Made by a program: the position numbers and the translations under genes. A DNA stretch of 64,000 nucleotides, taken from assembly GCA_965285935.1 (NCBI GenBank), contig OZ260665.1, forward strand, positions 28,148,001-28,212,000, in the 5' to 3' direction. This document shows positions 40,984 to 56,052 of this stretch, piece after piece. The notes below the pieces were generated by a model. The model was not told the DNA's origin. It saw only the letters and a list, made by a program, of their open reading frames with translations, and searched no databases. The number at the start of each line of letters is the position of its first letter. Within the stretch, counting starts at the first letter, position 1. The DNA comes from Ophelia neglecta. Lineage: Eukaryota.

Positions 40984-43900
40984 AGAGTAGCCAGACTAGC
41001 AGACTGGAACCCTGTCAAGAACAGCTTTTATTCTATGGTGTTGGATTTGCTGAATAATGATATTTCATGAATTGACCAATAAGATGTTCATATTGTAGCA
41101 TTGATAATGACGTTCTGATGCCTCTAATGACAGGTTTTTTAAACATATTGGTGAGCATAAAGAGATATTATTTTAAGCTAGTGGTATTTTTATCACTTGA
41201 ATATAGGGAAACAGAAAATATATCCTGGCCATAGATGTATTTAATGTCATGTAATTATTTGTTTGTGTATAGACATATTGAAAGCCTACCAGTTGGAGCT
41301 CTAAAACCTACAGCTGGGGCATTTCTTGGAGCAAGACAGGTAGGATATGCTGAAGATTTGTTGCCAAGTTCTACAAGCACAAAGGCACAAAGATACTCTT
41401 GGAAGGCAGCTAATGGGCTGTGTGACAGGCACGAAGGAAGACAATTTAAACTAAGTAGTCCTGTAACTCACTACCCCCCTCTTCCTGATATGAATAATCT
41501 AGTCACCTGGGTATGACCCATCTGGGTGGTGACTTCCTGAAGAAAAAGCTAATCGCTGCTGATTGCCTGGTGTTTGTCGATTGAATTACGAGCATGTTAC
41601 GTCTGAAGTGCTTTGGGTGGAGGTAAAACGTCCTGCGGTTGCCTCAAGCCCATGTACTAACAGTTTAATGAGTTGTAATGGATGTGTGAGCAGCTGCCCT
41701 GTGATTGTTCTGAGCACGAGAAGTGATGATGTCATGAAGGGAGGGTCAGTGTCGTAGCCTGCCTCAGGAAACTTCCGTTGCTTATTGTATTTATTGCCTT
41801 CCTCCGTTGCTTATCTTGGCTGGAAGGGGACTCGACATTGCTAGGTTCATTACTAGCTTTCTCTTACATGCTTTTGTTTAATATATCCTGGCAATGTAAT
41901 ATACTTAATTTAACCATTGTGAATGAAAATGAAAAATCCAGATATGGCATGCATCTCTTCTAGTCATATAGAATATACAGATCAATCTGCTCCTTAGAAA
42001 CAGGAGGTTATAGGTAGTGTTCACTAATAACAGATTAGTATACAATCGCTGTTGGGGTCCTCGAAAAACAGCAACTGCTCTGTGCGGAGAAAGTTTATTG
42101 CCTAATCTTTTTGTTATGTCTATATAAGGCTAACAACCCTGTTTTTCCTGCTGTTTCATGCTGTGGCTGCTGTTGCCAAAGAGGGCGACTAAGAGCCAGT
42201 ACCTCCTGTTGATGAACGGGACACAGGATAATGTATATGTCATTCCGGATGTGTAGTGGGATTTACAGCCAGGCTATAGGGCTCTGTGGTGGATGTCTTC
42301 CCCTTGTACAAGCTCTACAAGCTCCAGGCAGTTTATGGCCCCACTCTCCGCCTCCTCCCCCTCCTGTATTAAAACAGAGGAAGGCCAGGCCTCTTTTATA
42401 TCTTAGCTTGTCACCATTGCTCCAGTCTGGCTGAATTATGTGTAATTAATTATAAAGCTAGGTTCTTTTTCCAGCATGGAAATGAATTATTAATAAAGCG
42501 AGATTGTGATTAGTTATAAGATTTTAATACAGTTTTTGAATAAATATACATGCATATTATATTAAAGTCAGTATGGCTTAACGAGTTTATTTCATCTTCC
42601 AAAACTGGACATTTTCCATGTGACAGCCGATTCATCAAATTGGCTGATAGATAAAACTCCAAAGACTATTTAACTACGCTTGTTTGCACCAGCTGTTGAA
42701 TACAGCACAACTATTGAATATATAAATGTGCTTAAAAATGTTTTAAATAATGATCTGCACAGCCTGGTAGTGAAATATTTGTTTTTGTAAATGAAAATTT
42801 TATTTTATTTGATAGATAAATTATTATTAAAAGATCCTAGCCAACCGCATGGTTTGCTTAACCTTAAAATCTAAATTCTAGATATCAAACGAATGTGTAA
42901 GCTAAAAAGCTTAATCTCTGCATTCAAGGGCCAAGCCCTAATCTGCTGGCAATAAGCTGATACAGAGGGTGACATGTCCTTTACACCTATGGCATGTCTA
43001 CATGCAGGTGACAGCACAAAGATGCTTAGAGCCATTGATGAAGGTGTTGTCAGGAAGGCTGACAGACCCAACTGGATTACATATACATCTGACTGATTTA
43101 ATCTGGGCAGGAATGTCTTCTTTGTAGTGATGTACAGGCCACCTTTCTTGAAAATCTGTCACTGCTATGATATAAATTTTTTTAAACTTTAAGTTTTGAA
43201 ACTGTGACCTAAAAAGTCATGTCAATAAGCAGTATGAGCCGGATTGGAGTTTCTGCTGTCAGTTGGTACACTGTCACAGGCTCAGTCATCCCACGTCATT
43301 GACTGCCAGCCCAAGATTTTCACCTCATAGGTTCAATTCTTCTGCCAATTCTTCTGCCGTTAGAGAGCAGACCAAGCTCTTTAGCATTGGTGTCTGCCCT
43401 GTTGCTGGAGATTGTGTGTGTGAGTTGCCACACTCAGACAGTGCTGCCACAGCCAGCTGTCTCCTGGTGCTCTGTATACAGCCAATGGCTTGTACATAGA
43501 TTACTCACACTTGATTAGACTCTTTGATGTAACAGTCAATAACAAGTAAAAATGAACAACTGGGGAGCCCACTTCAAAGGCAACAGTGTAATCAAAGTCT
43601 TAATAAAAAGTACACTTGAGTTCTTGTGTATATAAACAGATGAAAACTGCAGGGATCAGTATATCAGACATGTAGAAAGTTGATTCTGACAGTGTCACAT
43701 TTACAAGATTCACATTGATTGATTCTACTTGATTTATTGTGTTTGATAATTTTTTAATGTTTTTGTTTTTACATGCATGTTTCTTGCTACCCTGTTCTTT
43801 CCTAAGTTTTTTCAGGGACATATGGTGTTTTCTGAGAAGCAGACTTGTCTGTTATTCCCAATAACTTAGGCCTTAACAAATACACATACCCTCCTTCCCT

Positions 43901-44378
43901 ACCTAAAAGACCTGACCATCATCCTTTTCACCTATCTTTTTCTACAGATTTATCTAACTACAGTTTTTTTGTTACTCTAATCCTAAAATAAAGCATATTT
44001 TAGTATTTAAATCTTTTTTTTTTCATATTAAATTCATTATTCAAAGTGTTCAAGTCTGTATTCTAACATTATAAAAGAGCAAAGTCAAATACTGACATCA
44101 CCAGACCAAAGCTCTCTGCAAACCAGAAAAAAAACCTCCCTACCTACCTACCTAAGTATAGGCTTACCAGCAGAATATACCTACTTGTACAAGCTTTTAA
44201 ATGGAGACCACCATTTGGGAGACATCCCACACTCTGTTGCAGCTTTGAGAATGGAAAGTCCTGATCACACCACAATTCTGCCTCTGGCACATTACCTGAG
44301 TAAGGCTGCTCACCCACCACACCCCTGGGTTAGGTCCTAGGCATCCATTATAATACACTGTCATCTCAGCATTATACT

Positions 44379-46443
44379 GAGACCTAGACTGGGACATTGC
44401 TAGGATGTGGCAGGTTGGAGACCTTGACTGGAACATTGCTAGGATGTGGCAGGTTGGAGACCTTGACTGGGACATTGCTAGGATGTGGCAGGTCGGAGAC
44501 ATTGACTGGGACATTGGTAGGATGTGGCAGGTTGAAGACATTGACTGGGACATTGCTAGGATGTGGCAGGTTGAAGACATTGACTGGGACATTGCTAGGA
44601 TGTGGCAGGTTTGAGACCTTGACTGGGACATTGCTAGGATGTGGCAGGTTGGAGACCTTGACTGGGACATTGCTAGGATGTGGCAGGTTGGAGACATTGA
44701 CTGGGACATTGGTAGGATGTCCCAGGTTGGAGACATTGACTGGGACATTGCTAGGATGTGGCAGGTTGGAGACCTTGACTGGGACATTGCTAGGATGTGG
44801 CAGGTTGGAGACATTGACTGGGACATTGGTAGGATGTCCCAGGTTGGAGACATTGACTGGGACATTGCTAGGATGTGGCAGGTTGGAGACCTTGACTGGG
44901 ACATTGCTAGGATGTGGCAGGTCGGAGATCTTGACTGGGACATTGCTAGGATGTGGCAGGTTGGCGACCTTGACTGGGACATTGCTAGGATGTGGCAGGT
45001 TGGCGACCTTGACTGGGACATTGCTAGGATGTGGCAGGTTGGAGACCTTGACTGGGACATTGCTAGGATGTGGCAGGTTGGAGACCTTGACTGGGACATT
45101 GCTAGGATGTGGCAGGTCGGAGATCTTGACTGGGACATTGCTAGGATGTGGCAGGTTGGAGACCTTGACTGGGACATTGCTAGGATGTGGCAGGTTGGCG
45201 ACCTTGACTGGGACATTGCTAGGATGTCCCAGGTTGGAGACTTTGACTGGGACATTGCTAGGATGTCCCAGGTTGGAGACCTTGACTGGGACATTGCTAG
45301 GATGTCCCAGGTTGGAGACATTGACTGGGACATTGCTAGGATGTGGCAGGTTGGAGACCTTGACTGGGACATTGCTAGGATGTGGCAGGTTGGAGACCTT
45401 GACTGGGACATTGCTAGGATGTGGCAGGTCGGAGACCTTGACTGGGACATTGCTAGGATGTGGCAGGTTGGAGACCTTGACTGGGACATTGCTAGGATGT
45501 GGCAGGTTGGAGACCTTGACTGGGACATTGCTAGGATGTGGCAGGTCGGAGACCTTGACTGGGACATTGCTAGGATGTGGCAGGTCGGAGACCTTGACTG
45601 GGACATTGCTAGGATGTGGCAGGTCGGAGACCTTGACTGGGACATTGCTAGGATGTGGCAGGTCGGAGACCTTGACTGGGACATTGCTAGGATGTGGCAG
45701 GTTGGAGACCTTGACTGGGACATTGCTAGGATGTCCCAGGTCGGAGACCTTGACTGGGACATTGCTAGGATGTGGCAGGTTGGAGACCTTGACTGGGACA
45801 TTGCTAGGATGTGGCAGGTCGGAGATTTTGACTGGGACATTGCTAGGATGTGGCAGGTCGGAGACATTGACTGGGACATTGCTAGGATGTGGCAGGTCGG
45901 AGACCTTGACTGGGACATTGCTAGGATGTGGCAGGTTGGAGACCTTGACTGGGACATTGCTAGGATGTGGCAGGTCGGAGACCTTGACTGGGACATTGCT
46001 AGGATGTGGCAGGTTGGAGACCTTGACTGGGACATTGCTAGGATGTCCCAGGTCGGAGACCTTGACTGGGACATTGCTAGGATGTGGCAGGTTGGAGACC
46101 TTGACTAGGACATTGCTAGGATGTGGCAGGTCGGAGATCTTGACTGGGACATTGCTAGGATGTGGCAGGTTGGAGACCTTGACTGGGACATTGCTAGGAT
46201 GTTGCAGATTGGAGACCTAGACTGGGACATTGCTAGGATGTGGCAGGTTGGAGACCTAGACTGGGACATTGCTAGGATGTGGCAGGTCGGAGACCTAGAC
46301 TGGGACATTGCTAGGATGTGGCAGGTTGGAGACCTAGACTGGGACATTGCTAGGATGTGGCAGGTTGGAGACATTGACTGGGACATTGCTAGGATGTGGC
46401 AGGTCGGAGACCTTGACTGGGACATTGCTAGGATGTCCTAGGT
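44379..46443. repeat. 39-bp minisatellite (gactgggacattgctaggatgtggcaggttggagacctt), about 53 copies
   Basis: 39-bp periodicity; source of the overlapping long ORFs on both strands. Confidence 0.99.
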
Positions 46444-47762
46444 TCCATCTAACTACCCACCTTGAAGGCAGTGTAGCTGCAGGTAGCTGGCTTTGCTAGA
46501 ATCGAGACCTGTGTCTTGTATACAAGTTTGGGCAGCAAAACAGTTTAAAACTGCTCTAAACCAACAAGTTCTCACAAGCAGGAGCATTTAGCAAACCATA
46601 TTTTTTCCACATGAACTTTGGTGCCTCCTTAATGCTAGGGTGATTTGCCAGCTCACAAAAATGTCCGTGTAAATATTACAGATGTGTAAATGACCACATA
46701 GACGTAAAAATAAATGATGTTATTTATTGTTTGGTTTCTTTCACCATCTAAGTGATTTTTCTTTGAGCTGACTGATTTCTTGCTGGTGATTCCTTCAGTG
46801 CCAGCTGTATAGATGATGAATTTGTGTGATACTGAGGGGGTATTGACTCTCATTGCCATGAGCCCCTCACATGAAGGGAGACAGATAGCCATCCTGGTCA
46901 TGGCCACCCTGGCCATTGTCACAGCCAGCCACCATCACTGAGCCACCCCTAACCTGGGACATCTATTATCAGCTAGCTGTCATCCGAGGCATCCATTTCC
47001 AAATATTATCCTATCTATTAGAAGGAGGCATTCATTATACATTCAGACATCTCAGCAGTTTCATAAGCACGATTATGTACAATTAATCATAACTCTATAG
47101 TCCACTGTCAGACTCTAAATTGGGATTTACTATTCAGGCTACTGTGTGATTTATGGTAAAACCAAGTCACGTTATTGGACACTATCTGGTTGGTATGTCT
47201 TTCGTTTCTCACATTAATAAATACCTCAATAACCTCCGTAAGGACCTTGCCTATTACTTTGAGTTAATAAGGAGCTGCCCGTTCAGGTTGGCTTGTGCTC
47301 CACCTATCTCTGGTGGCAATTTGAGGTATCAGAATATTTAAAATCCTTCTGAAGGCTAGTCATTTAGCTCTCAGTTCATGTAGACCTACACATCATGTAG
47401 GCCTACATGTCAAGTCCCCAAGGTCATTTAGGCCTGTGTGTAAGGCCGCCTGGTGATTTAAGTCCACGGTCCCATTCCACATCAAGAAACTGATTTGAAA
47501 CTTTTCTTCCTTCAACTTGCTGTTCTTCACCCATAGACACCAATGTAGCCCTGTCCCCAAGCTCAGATGGCGACTTCTCTGTGGGGCTGCCGCCAGCCTT
47601 GGCCCTGTCAAACCCCACCTGACCCCAAACATAAATCTGCATTAGCCCAGCTTTGTGCAGTGACTGGACTAAGTGCGTTCCTTCATCCTTATGACAATGC
47701 CAGGCTTACCGGGTGATCAATCCCTAACAGACAATGGCATGTCACAGGCAGAGGTAACTCGG

Positions 47763-48507
47763 GCTGTCCTGGAGCCAGAGGGACCAGCCAGTGTGTGGAT
47801 GGGCCCTAGCTCTCCTGGAGCCACAGGGACCAGCCAGTGTGTGGAGCCTGTCCCGTAGCAAGAGGGACCAACCAGTGTGTGGAGCCTGTCCTGGGCTTGG
47901 AGGAACCAGTCATGCAGTGTGTAGAGTGCTGCCTTGGGGTCCAGGAAGCACTGAATATAGGCCCACATAATGCTGGCCCAATGTTGCTGACATTGGCCCA
48001 ATGCTTCATGCTATCAGGGCTAGGCTTTAATATTAGGGACCAACCAGCAGTGCATGGAGCTTATACTGGAGGCTAGATGGACCAGCAGGTGTGTAGTTTG
48101 TGTTTGGGTCTAAGGGGACAAACCATGAAATGCGTACATGTTTATGGAGCCTACATGTCCGTGGGGATGGAGAGACCAGGTGTGTAGCCTCTCTTGTTTG
48201 TGGCGCCTGTCCTTAGTGTTCGAGGGACCAGCCAGTGTGTGGAGCATGTCCTGAGTGTTGGAGGGATCAGCCAGTGTGTGGAGCCTGTCCTGACTGTTGG
48301 AGTGACCAGCCAGTGAGTGCATCCTGTCCTGGGTGTTGGAGGGACCAGCCAGTGTGTGGAGCCTGTCCTGAGTGTTGGAGGGACCAGCCAGTGTGTGGAG
48401 CATATCCTAAGTGTTGGAGGGACCAGCCAGTGTGTAGAGCCTGTCCTGAGTGTTGGAGGGACCAGCCAGTGTGTGGAGCATGTCCTTAATGTTGGAGGGA
48501 CCAGCCA
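47763..48507. repeat. 39-bp minisatellite (gggaccagccagtgtgtggagcctgtcctgagtgttgga); homogeneous at 48224-48507, degenerate upstream
   Basis: gggaccagcc at 48341 and 48380; older diverged units at 47780-48200. Confidence 0.92.
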
Positions 48508-51500
48508 TTGATTAAACCATTAATGTTTGAGCTGAAATTTGAAGTATGCAAGTTTATGTCATCTTGGACTGAGAAGAACTTAAACAATTTTACAATGTAA
48601 TGCTGACTGCTGCCCTTTGACCTCATTTGCTCATTATTCATCATTTATGTCAAGAGTTTCACTTTCTGTTTCTTGCTAATAGAGATTTGACATAAATCTC
48701 AGGGTCTCTTCTTCCTGTCTTCTTCCACCCCATATTAAGCCGTACCTCTTGTTGCAGTGGTTCATGTAGATCCTGATGTGACTGTGGCCTGTAGTGTCCT
48801 CTGCCCATTCCATCCTCTCTCTCCTTGGTTTTACAGAGATGTGCTCTGCCTGCTGTTGATGAGCCTCTCAGATCTGGTTGTGGATTGTCCTGGACACTAA
48901 GTCAGGTGGAAGTGACAGGCCAACGACGCACGGAGAGTAAAGTTGTCTAAGTAAATCTTAATACAATGGCTTTAAGGCCTTTATTGTCTGTCTCCCTGTG
49001 TCATCTCCAAGCCCAAAGGCTCGCTAAATCTGCTGTAAACTTTACCAAACCCATAAGTTACAATTGATCACTTTGTGTGGTGTACAGGAGGAGGCTCAGA
49101 GGAATGTGATTACATCCCTAGATGGCTAGGTAACATTGGCATGCTGTACCTATTGAAATGCTTGATCTTCTAATGCTCAGATTAACAAAGAAAGAGCCTC
49201 ACTTGTCCTGTAATGTCAACTGTAAGAAACAGAAAAAACATATATATGTACCATTAGGTTATATGATGCATGTACTAATTTCTTTATTTACTAAAATTAA
49301 GTAAAAATCTGAAATTGGATTATTTCCAAAGGACATGATGGTGACAATTTAAAGGAGGACGAGTTGACCCTTTTGTGCTAAGAGTAGCATATCAGGACCT
49401 CTTGGATGTTATATATAACATGTAACATGCTATTCCGAGCCCTTCTTCAGCAGCCACAGATGATGTATAAGGAAGGCATCAAGACTGCACTGGCTCCTTT
49501 GTTTATGATCTCTGGGCCCCTCCCTGCCTGCTAGGCCAGTTTTATATTTCCGGGACAACTCTTACATTATTGGATGACAGTGGATGTAAGATTTGTGTGA
49601 CATTTTCTCCTCAATCATGCCGATAGTCAGGCCTAAGTGGAGCTCCAATCCCATTATCGGCCTGAAAATCTCCGTCATTTGGCAATCGGCTGGCAGATTG
49701 TCGTCACAGCCCAGGATCCATATGCATCATTTTCTCATGTATCACCTTGGCTGTGTCTTGGTTTGTCTCCTACAGTTGGCTTATAGATCTCATAGCTAAT
49801 GGCAGCAAGATTCATCAGTAGATATGCCGCCTGTCACTGGTTATATTTTTACTGGTGCAGTTTTTTTTACCCTGGTCGGCGAAGTATGGCAAATGAAGCA
49901 CTCTCTGTGACAGACATCATAACCTAGGGTGATGGATCTGTCCCTGGTCTCACGTTCATGCTGAAATCACCCTCGCCCGTCGACAACTAATTGTAAACCT
50001 TTCCCCCGCGATGATTTGTGGTCTCTGGTGGCCAATGCCAGACTCGTAGCGCTCAATCAATGCACATTTTCCATTTATGCCCAAGCATCCAAATGGTTGG
50101 TGCTGTCAGCGGGAAGAGACAAACTCCCCCACTGAAATTTGTTCCCAATTTGGAATTAAAGTTTGGAAAATGACTGATGCCAAGCGAGATTGTCTGAGTC
50201 GTTGAGCTGAATAGGGGGCGTTTGGTGTCAGTAGCAATCTCATCTTGTTGGCATGGCAATGGATGGTTCCTTGCCTATCTGGTGCGTGGAGCAGGGTGCA
50301 CAGTAATATCCTGCTGGTTATTGCCAGAGATATTGATGCGATTTAGGGGCTAACTTGGTAAGAAATCAGAACAGCTTTACCGTTATGTTATTGAATGAAT
50401 GTTGTAGAGCTTAGTATAGGCTGGCTATGGCAATGCTGTTTGCTGTCTGCTGGGCTAGTTTCCATGTATAGCCAGGCTGACAGGACCATTGTTGTGGCTT
50501 GACCCAGTTATGACGGATGGCCTTGTTAGTTGCGTTATCCCATGTCTGCATCCATTATTCATCTCCTGGTAAATCATATAACATTTGAAGTGTGTGGATG
50601 CGTCTCGACAGCTGTTGGCTCCAATTACGGAGCTCTCGTCAGATCAAAGGCTGCCAGAAATGGAGTTATGTCAGAGAGAGGGACTTGCGTAGAGAGCCGG
50701 TAATCACTTCTAATCATATCTGGGGAGAAGAGTGGCGCTAGAGAAGAACAAGGGGAAAAAAAGCTCTGGTGGCTGGGTACTCCCCTATCAGGGGAGATAC
50801 AGTGAACTGTGAAGTTAGCAAGCCAAAAAGTGGAGAAAGGCCCTAGTGAGAGCATAACCTTCTTGTATGTGTGGCCAGAGAAGCCAAGTGATGGGGCTGG
50901 ATGAAGGGAGCAAAGTGCCTGATGAGATTATATTGGCCTTTTCTTCCAGAAAGCAAAAACTGCACAGGAAGAACAATGATGTGATGTGAAATGTCAATGT
51001 AGGCAATAGATTACTTTTCACAGCTAGAGAGAGATGGGACAAGGGAAAGGGAAAATGAAACTACTTGGTTCATGTCATATAGCATCAATGGGTACCAGCT
51101 CATTGTGCTATAGGACATGAGAAGAGATATTGAGAACCAGTATGAAAGCTGTAAATGGAAATGTTGTGTTGTCAAAACTGGTCTAGCAGTCCAATAACCA
51201 CATTAACGGCTTTCTTGTCTATTGAACTGGACTTTGGTAGAAGACAAATTGATATTACTGTGACCTCATTGACAGCCATGGCTTTCCTTTGCCTTTGTTC
51301 TGAGGTCTTTAGGTCTCTGGTAATCCCCCCACACTGCAGTTAAGATGCTGGTCTGCCCTTTAGCAAAGATCCTTGCTATTAAATCATCTACGGGTGGCTG
51401 AGCTGATAAAGTAAATGGCCCTACGTGGTAATCAAAGACCTGCCTCAAGCACCCCATTGTCTGAACATGACTAAGTTATGATGGACTGTGGATCATTGGT

Positions 51501-53582
51501 AATATGTCATGTCAGGGCTTAGCCTGTCAGAGCTGATCAGCATCATCACCACAAGATACACTACCTCCACATACACTATAAATCATTGGCCTGTATAGGG
51601 CTAACCAGTCCCCAGCCACCTTCCATATCAAATGCTAATCCACTTGCTGAGCTTGTTATCTCAGTTTTCTCTGGCCCAAGAATATTAATCTTTTATATGG
51701 AAGAGAAAAAGACCAGGAATATTTTGAAGGTCAAAATGGCAGACATCAAGCTTACAATGGTACAGCTGGAACATGGATGAGTTTATATACATTTTACATT
51801 TGATTTGTTTTATGTCTAATTTACCGAATATCTAATTTACCAAGTATCTTTTGTACAAGTGGCGGATGATACTTTAAAAAGCTGCCTGTGAGGTAAGATA
51901 CCCAGTATAATACAAGGCAACCAGAGGTGAGCCTTGATGTGACAGCTCCACATTGTACATGTACTCACAGCTCATCTGTTAAGACCAACTACCAGTTTGC
52001 TGTGCTCTATCATATTTGATCTGTTGTTTCTCCCAGGCTTTGGCAAAGGACACTGGGTAATATCTCATTGCCCAAGTCTTGCAGTTCTTCATCTCCAGCT
52101 TCACTAATGCCACACTAGACACTCTAACCTAGATGTCAACACAGTACATATCATTTAATCAATTGCTGGCACTATCTTTGCTTTTGCAACAAATGTTGCT
52201 TCCCTTTTTATTATTAATGTGATTTTAAAGCATAATTATGGAAAACTTGACATCTTTTATATCTTGTAGAAGTAGATGTGGTTTTCCTGTATGTTATCAC
52301 ATGCTATGAAGGTAGGTCCCTAGCCATGCTAGATGGGCTTCTCTTTTCTCTACTAATGTCCATCACTTAAGCTTATATTGTACTTGAAAATAATTGAATC
52401 CAATAAAGGACAATAGTAACAGCAATTTGGGTTAATACTAATACAATGTGAGAACAACCAAAAAGAGGGCAGTGGCTGCTTCTTGTAATTCATTTAGAAG
52501 ATTATATAATAATACATTTTGACTTGAAGAATGAACGAAATATGCTTGAAGAGCTTTCCAGGGCATAGTGCAGGTCGTTCCGTGTAAATCCCGGCCAGTA
52601 TTTGCTTCCTTGAATGCTGTAAGTTAGCGCCCTTAATAGGCTGTACAGCTAATACAACAAGCACTCTGTGATAAATGAGCACCTATTGTTGGTTATGTAC
52701 TTGCACTGTTTTGGCCTTGTCAAATCATGTATGGTTAGAGGCCATTTAGAAAATATATGGGATCCCACTCACAGGGTTTGCCTTATTAATCATCCTGTCC
52801 ATAAATATTGTATCTATCTGTTGTAATTACAGCTTAGGGAATAGGGCCAAAATAGGTTTGTGTAGGTGAGGCTGCAATACAATAATAGGCGGCCACCCGT
52901 GGACAAGCTCTCCTGTGATGTATTGTCAATGGGAGAAAGTCAGCTGATGAACTGGCTTCGCAGGGCTGTAATTTGTACAAAATACAACACCCCGGAGAGC
53001 CATGGAGCTCCAGATTTCTACCGTGTTCATAATTGGCCGCTGTCAGTGGACAATGGCTAATGATAGGTCACGGTGATTGTCGGCAGCCAGCGATTGTGAT
53101 GTGGGCGCTATTAAAACTGTGGGAAAGCAGGAAATACACAAGACATGAGTTCGCTTTGTCAAAATTGTAAAATCCCCTGTGGGTATTTGGTACTGCAAAG
53201 AGAGGGAGGTGCCATCACCCCCCTGGCTCTGGGGATCTTGAATATGATAGGAGGTCAAGCCAGCCAGGCAGACACTGGAACTTGCTGTTGCCCCACAAGA
53301 CACCTGTCAGACAAGTTTAAGTCATCACTCTGACTTTACAGTTCTCCTTTACCCTGAACAGTCATTACAACAAGTTTTGTGTTACAACTATGCCTGTAAG
53401 GTTCTCTACCCGGCAACAATCAGTAAGACAAGTTCTTGTTACCATTAAGTCTGTAGGGTTGATGTCTGGGTTGTCTTTGGCATGAAACAACAGTTAAGAC
53501 AAGTTCTTGTTACCATTTTGATTGCAGGGTTCTAATTCACTCTGCAACAGCCAATAAGACAAGCATATATCACACTGATTAT

Positions 53583-55127
53583 GGCTATAGACCCTTGTCT
53601 CCATTCTGGCTGTAGACCCTTGTCTCCACACTGGCTGTAGACCTTCGTCTCCATTCTGGCTGCAGACTGTTGTCTCCAGTCTGGCTGTAAACCCTTGTCT
53701 CCAGTCTGGCTGTAGACCCTTGTTTCCATTCTGGCAGTAAACCCTTGTCTCCATTCTGGCTGTAGACCCTTGTCTCCACACTGGCTGTAGACCTTCGTCT
53801 CCATTCTGGCTGCAGATTCTTGTCTCCATTCTGGCTGTAGACCCTTGTCTCCATTCTGGCAATAGACCCTTGTCTCCATTCTGGCTGTAGACCCTTGTCT
53901 CCATTCTGGCTGTAGACCCTTATCTCAAGATTGGATGTAGACCCTTGTCTCCATTCTGGCTGTAGATCCTTGTCTCCCTTCTGGCTGTAGATCCTTGTCT
54001 CCATTCTGGCTGTATACCCATGTCTCCATTTTGACTGTAGACCCTTATCTCCAGTCTGGATGTAGACCCTTGTTTCCATTCTGGCTGTAGACCCTTTTGT
54101 CCATTCTGGCTGTAGACCCTTGTCTCCACTCTGGCTGTAGACCCATGTCTCCATTTTGGCGGTAGACCCTTGTTTCCATTCTGGCTGAAGACCCATTTCT
54201 CCATTCTGGCTGTCGATTGTCAACATTCTGGCTGTAGACCCATGTCTCCATTTTGACTGTAGACCCTTATCTCCAGTCTGGATGTAGACCCTTGTCTCTA
54301 TTCTGGCTGTAGATCCTTGTTTCCATTCTGGCTGTAGACCATTGTCTCCCTTCTGGCTGTAGATCCTTGTCTCCATTCTGGCTGTATACCCATGTCTCCA
54401 TTCTTACTGTAGACCCTTATCTCCAGTCTGGATGTAGACCCTTGTCTCCATTCTGGCTGTAGACCCTTTTGTCCATTCTGGCTGTAGACCCTTGTCTCCA
54501 TTCTGGCTGTAGACCCTTTTGTCCATTCTGGCTGTAGATCCTTGTCTCCATTCTGGCTGTAGACCCTTGTCTCCATTCTGGCTGTCGATTGTCACCATTC
54601 TGGCTGTAGACCCTTGTCTCCATTCTGGCTGTAGACCCTTGTCTCCATTCTGGCTGTCGATTGTCTCTGTTCTGGCTGTAGACCCTTGTCTCCATTCTGG
54701 CTGTAGACCCTTGTCGCCACTCTGCCTGTAGACCCTTGTCTCCATTCTGGCTGTAGACCCTTGTCTCTATTCTGGCTGTAGACCCTTGTCTCCATTCTGG
54801 CTGTAGACCCTTGTCTCCATTCTGGCTGTAGATCCTTGTCTCCATTCTGGCTGTAGACCCTTGTCTCCAGTCTGGCTGCAGATTCTTGTCTCCATTCTGG
54901 CTGTAGACCCTTGTCTCCGTTCTGGCTGTAGACCCTTGTCTCCGTTCTGGCTGTAGACCCTTGTCTCCATTCTGGCTGTCGATTGTCACCATTCTGGCTG
55001 TAGACCCTTGTCTCCAGTCTGGCTGTCGATTGTCTCTGTTCTGGCTGTAGACCTTGTCTCCATTCTGGCTGTAGACCCTTGTCTCCGTTCTGGCTGTAGA
55101 CCCTTGTTTCTGTTCTGGCTGTAGACC
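53583..55127. repeat. 25-bp minisatellite (ccttgtctccattctggctgtagac), about 60 copies
   Basis: 25-bp periodicity with occasional 22-bp gtcgattgtc variant units. Confidence 0.98.
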
Positions 55128-55166
55128 ATGCTAGATCTTTGTCCCCACCCTGGATATGGGGTTCAC

Positions 55167-55344
55167 AGCCCCTGTGTTATAATTACCCAGGTAGAGAGCC
55201 CCTGTGTTATAATTACCCAGGTAGAGAGCCCCTGTGTTAATATTACCCAGGTAGAGAGCCCCTGTGTTAATATTACCCAGGTAGAGAGCCCATGTGTTAT
55301 AATTACCCAGGTAGAGAGCCCCTGTGTTATAATTACCCAGGTAG
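55167..55344. repeat. 30-bp minisatellite (agcccctgtgttataattacccaggtagag), about 6 copies
   Basis: Direct periodicity. Confidence 0.97.
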
Positions 55345-55874
55345 AGAGCCCTGTTGAAGTCCCCCTGTGTTTGTAATGTTGGAGCTGACATCATGAGCTG
55401 ACAGACCTCCATTGAGCAGTCAATCAAACCAGCCGGAGGTCCCCTCACAATTCTTTGATCAGCCTAGGAGTGCCCAGCAGGTGAGCAGGCTGGAGTGATA
55501 CTCCCTGACAGGCAAAATGAATTGGCTCTCTGCTCCAACAAAAGAACGCCAGCCTCCATGACAGGAGTCTCCATGCTCCAGTGAGACCAACCCCACTGAA
55601 CACAGGGTGGATCCAGGCTGATCAGATAGCAGATCTGTCTGGCTTGTCCCTTGTGTAGGTACATGTAAGTGAGATATATACAGCAGTGACTTCAGTGGGC
55701 CAGAGAATGTCTTCTCAATTTGTACTATCATTTGTGTCACAAAATATTATTCATACACATTACAGTCCTATTACATACCAATATAGTACCAGCATCACGG
55801 TAATCCAAGTCTCAGGTCTCTCTGAAAATGTAAATGAAATCTCTGCTTATAAATGTATTATCAGTTGAGATGTC

Positions 55875-56052
55875 CAGTGAAACCTGTGAATTGAGACCAA
55901 TTAAGGGACTCTAAAATATTGGTCTGATTATGGAGGTTGTCTGATTAGACAGGTTGCTTTACATTAAAAGTGCATAGTATGGTCTTTATTTTACTCGTCT
56001 GAATTGACAGGTGGTCTGAATACAGAGGTGGTCTTAAAGGCAGGTTCCACTG
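55875..56052. mobile_element. MITE of about 180 bp with CAGTG-type terminal inverted repeats (Tc1/mariner, pogo/Tigger-like)
   Basis: Left gatgtccagtgaaacctg versus reverse complement of right caggttccactgtacatc (16/18 match); TA flanks the right end and TC the left; internal ggt(g/t)gtct subterminal repeats. Confidence 0.75.

Noticed and set aside
44197-46441. Long ORFs (625, 607 and 489 aa) on both strands
   Set aside because: They come from a 39-bp unit divisible by 3. Several frames are open at once, and the most protein-like frame (MWQVGDLDWDIAR) has nonsense variants at about 44612 and 46106.
46919-46929. tcacagccagc match to miR-2
   Set aside because: Only 11 nt match, with no complementary 5' arm.
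47394-47409. 16-bp perfect palindrome catgtaggcctacatg
   Set aside because: Built from simple self-complementary motifs (catgta, taggccta); no supporting context.
55659-55664. Possible 6-nt microexon (tgtgtag|GTACAT|gtaagt)
   Set aside because: tacatgta is a very common motif in this sequence and the acceptor is weak.
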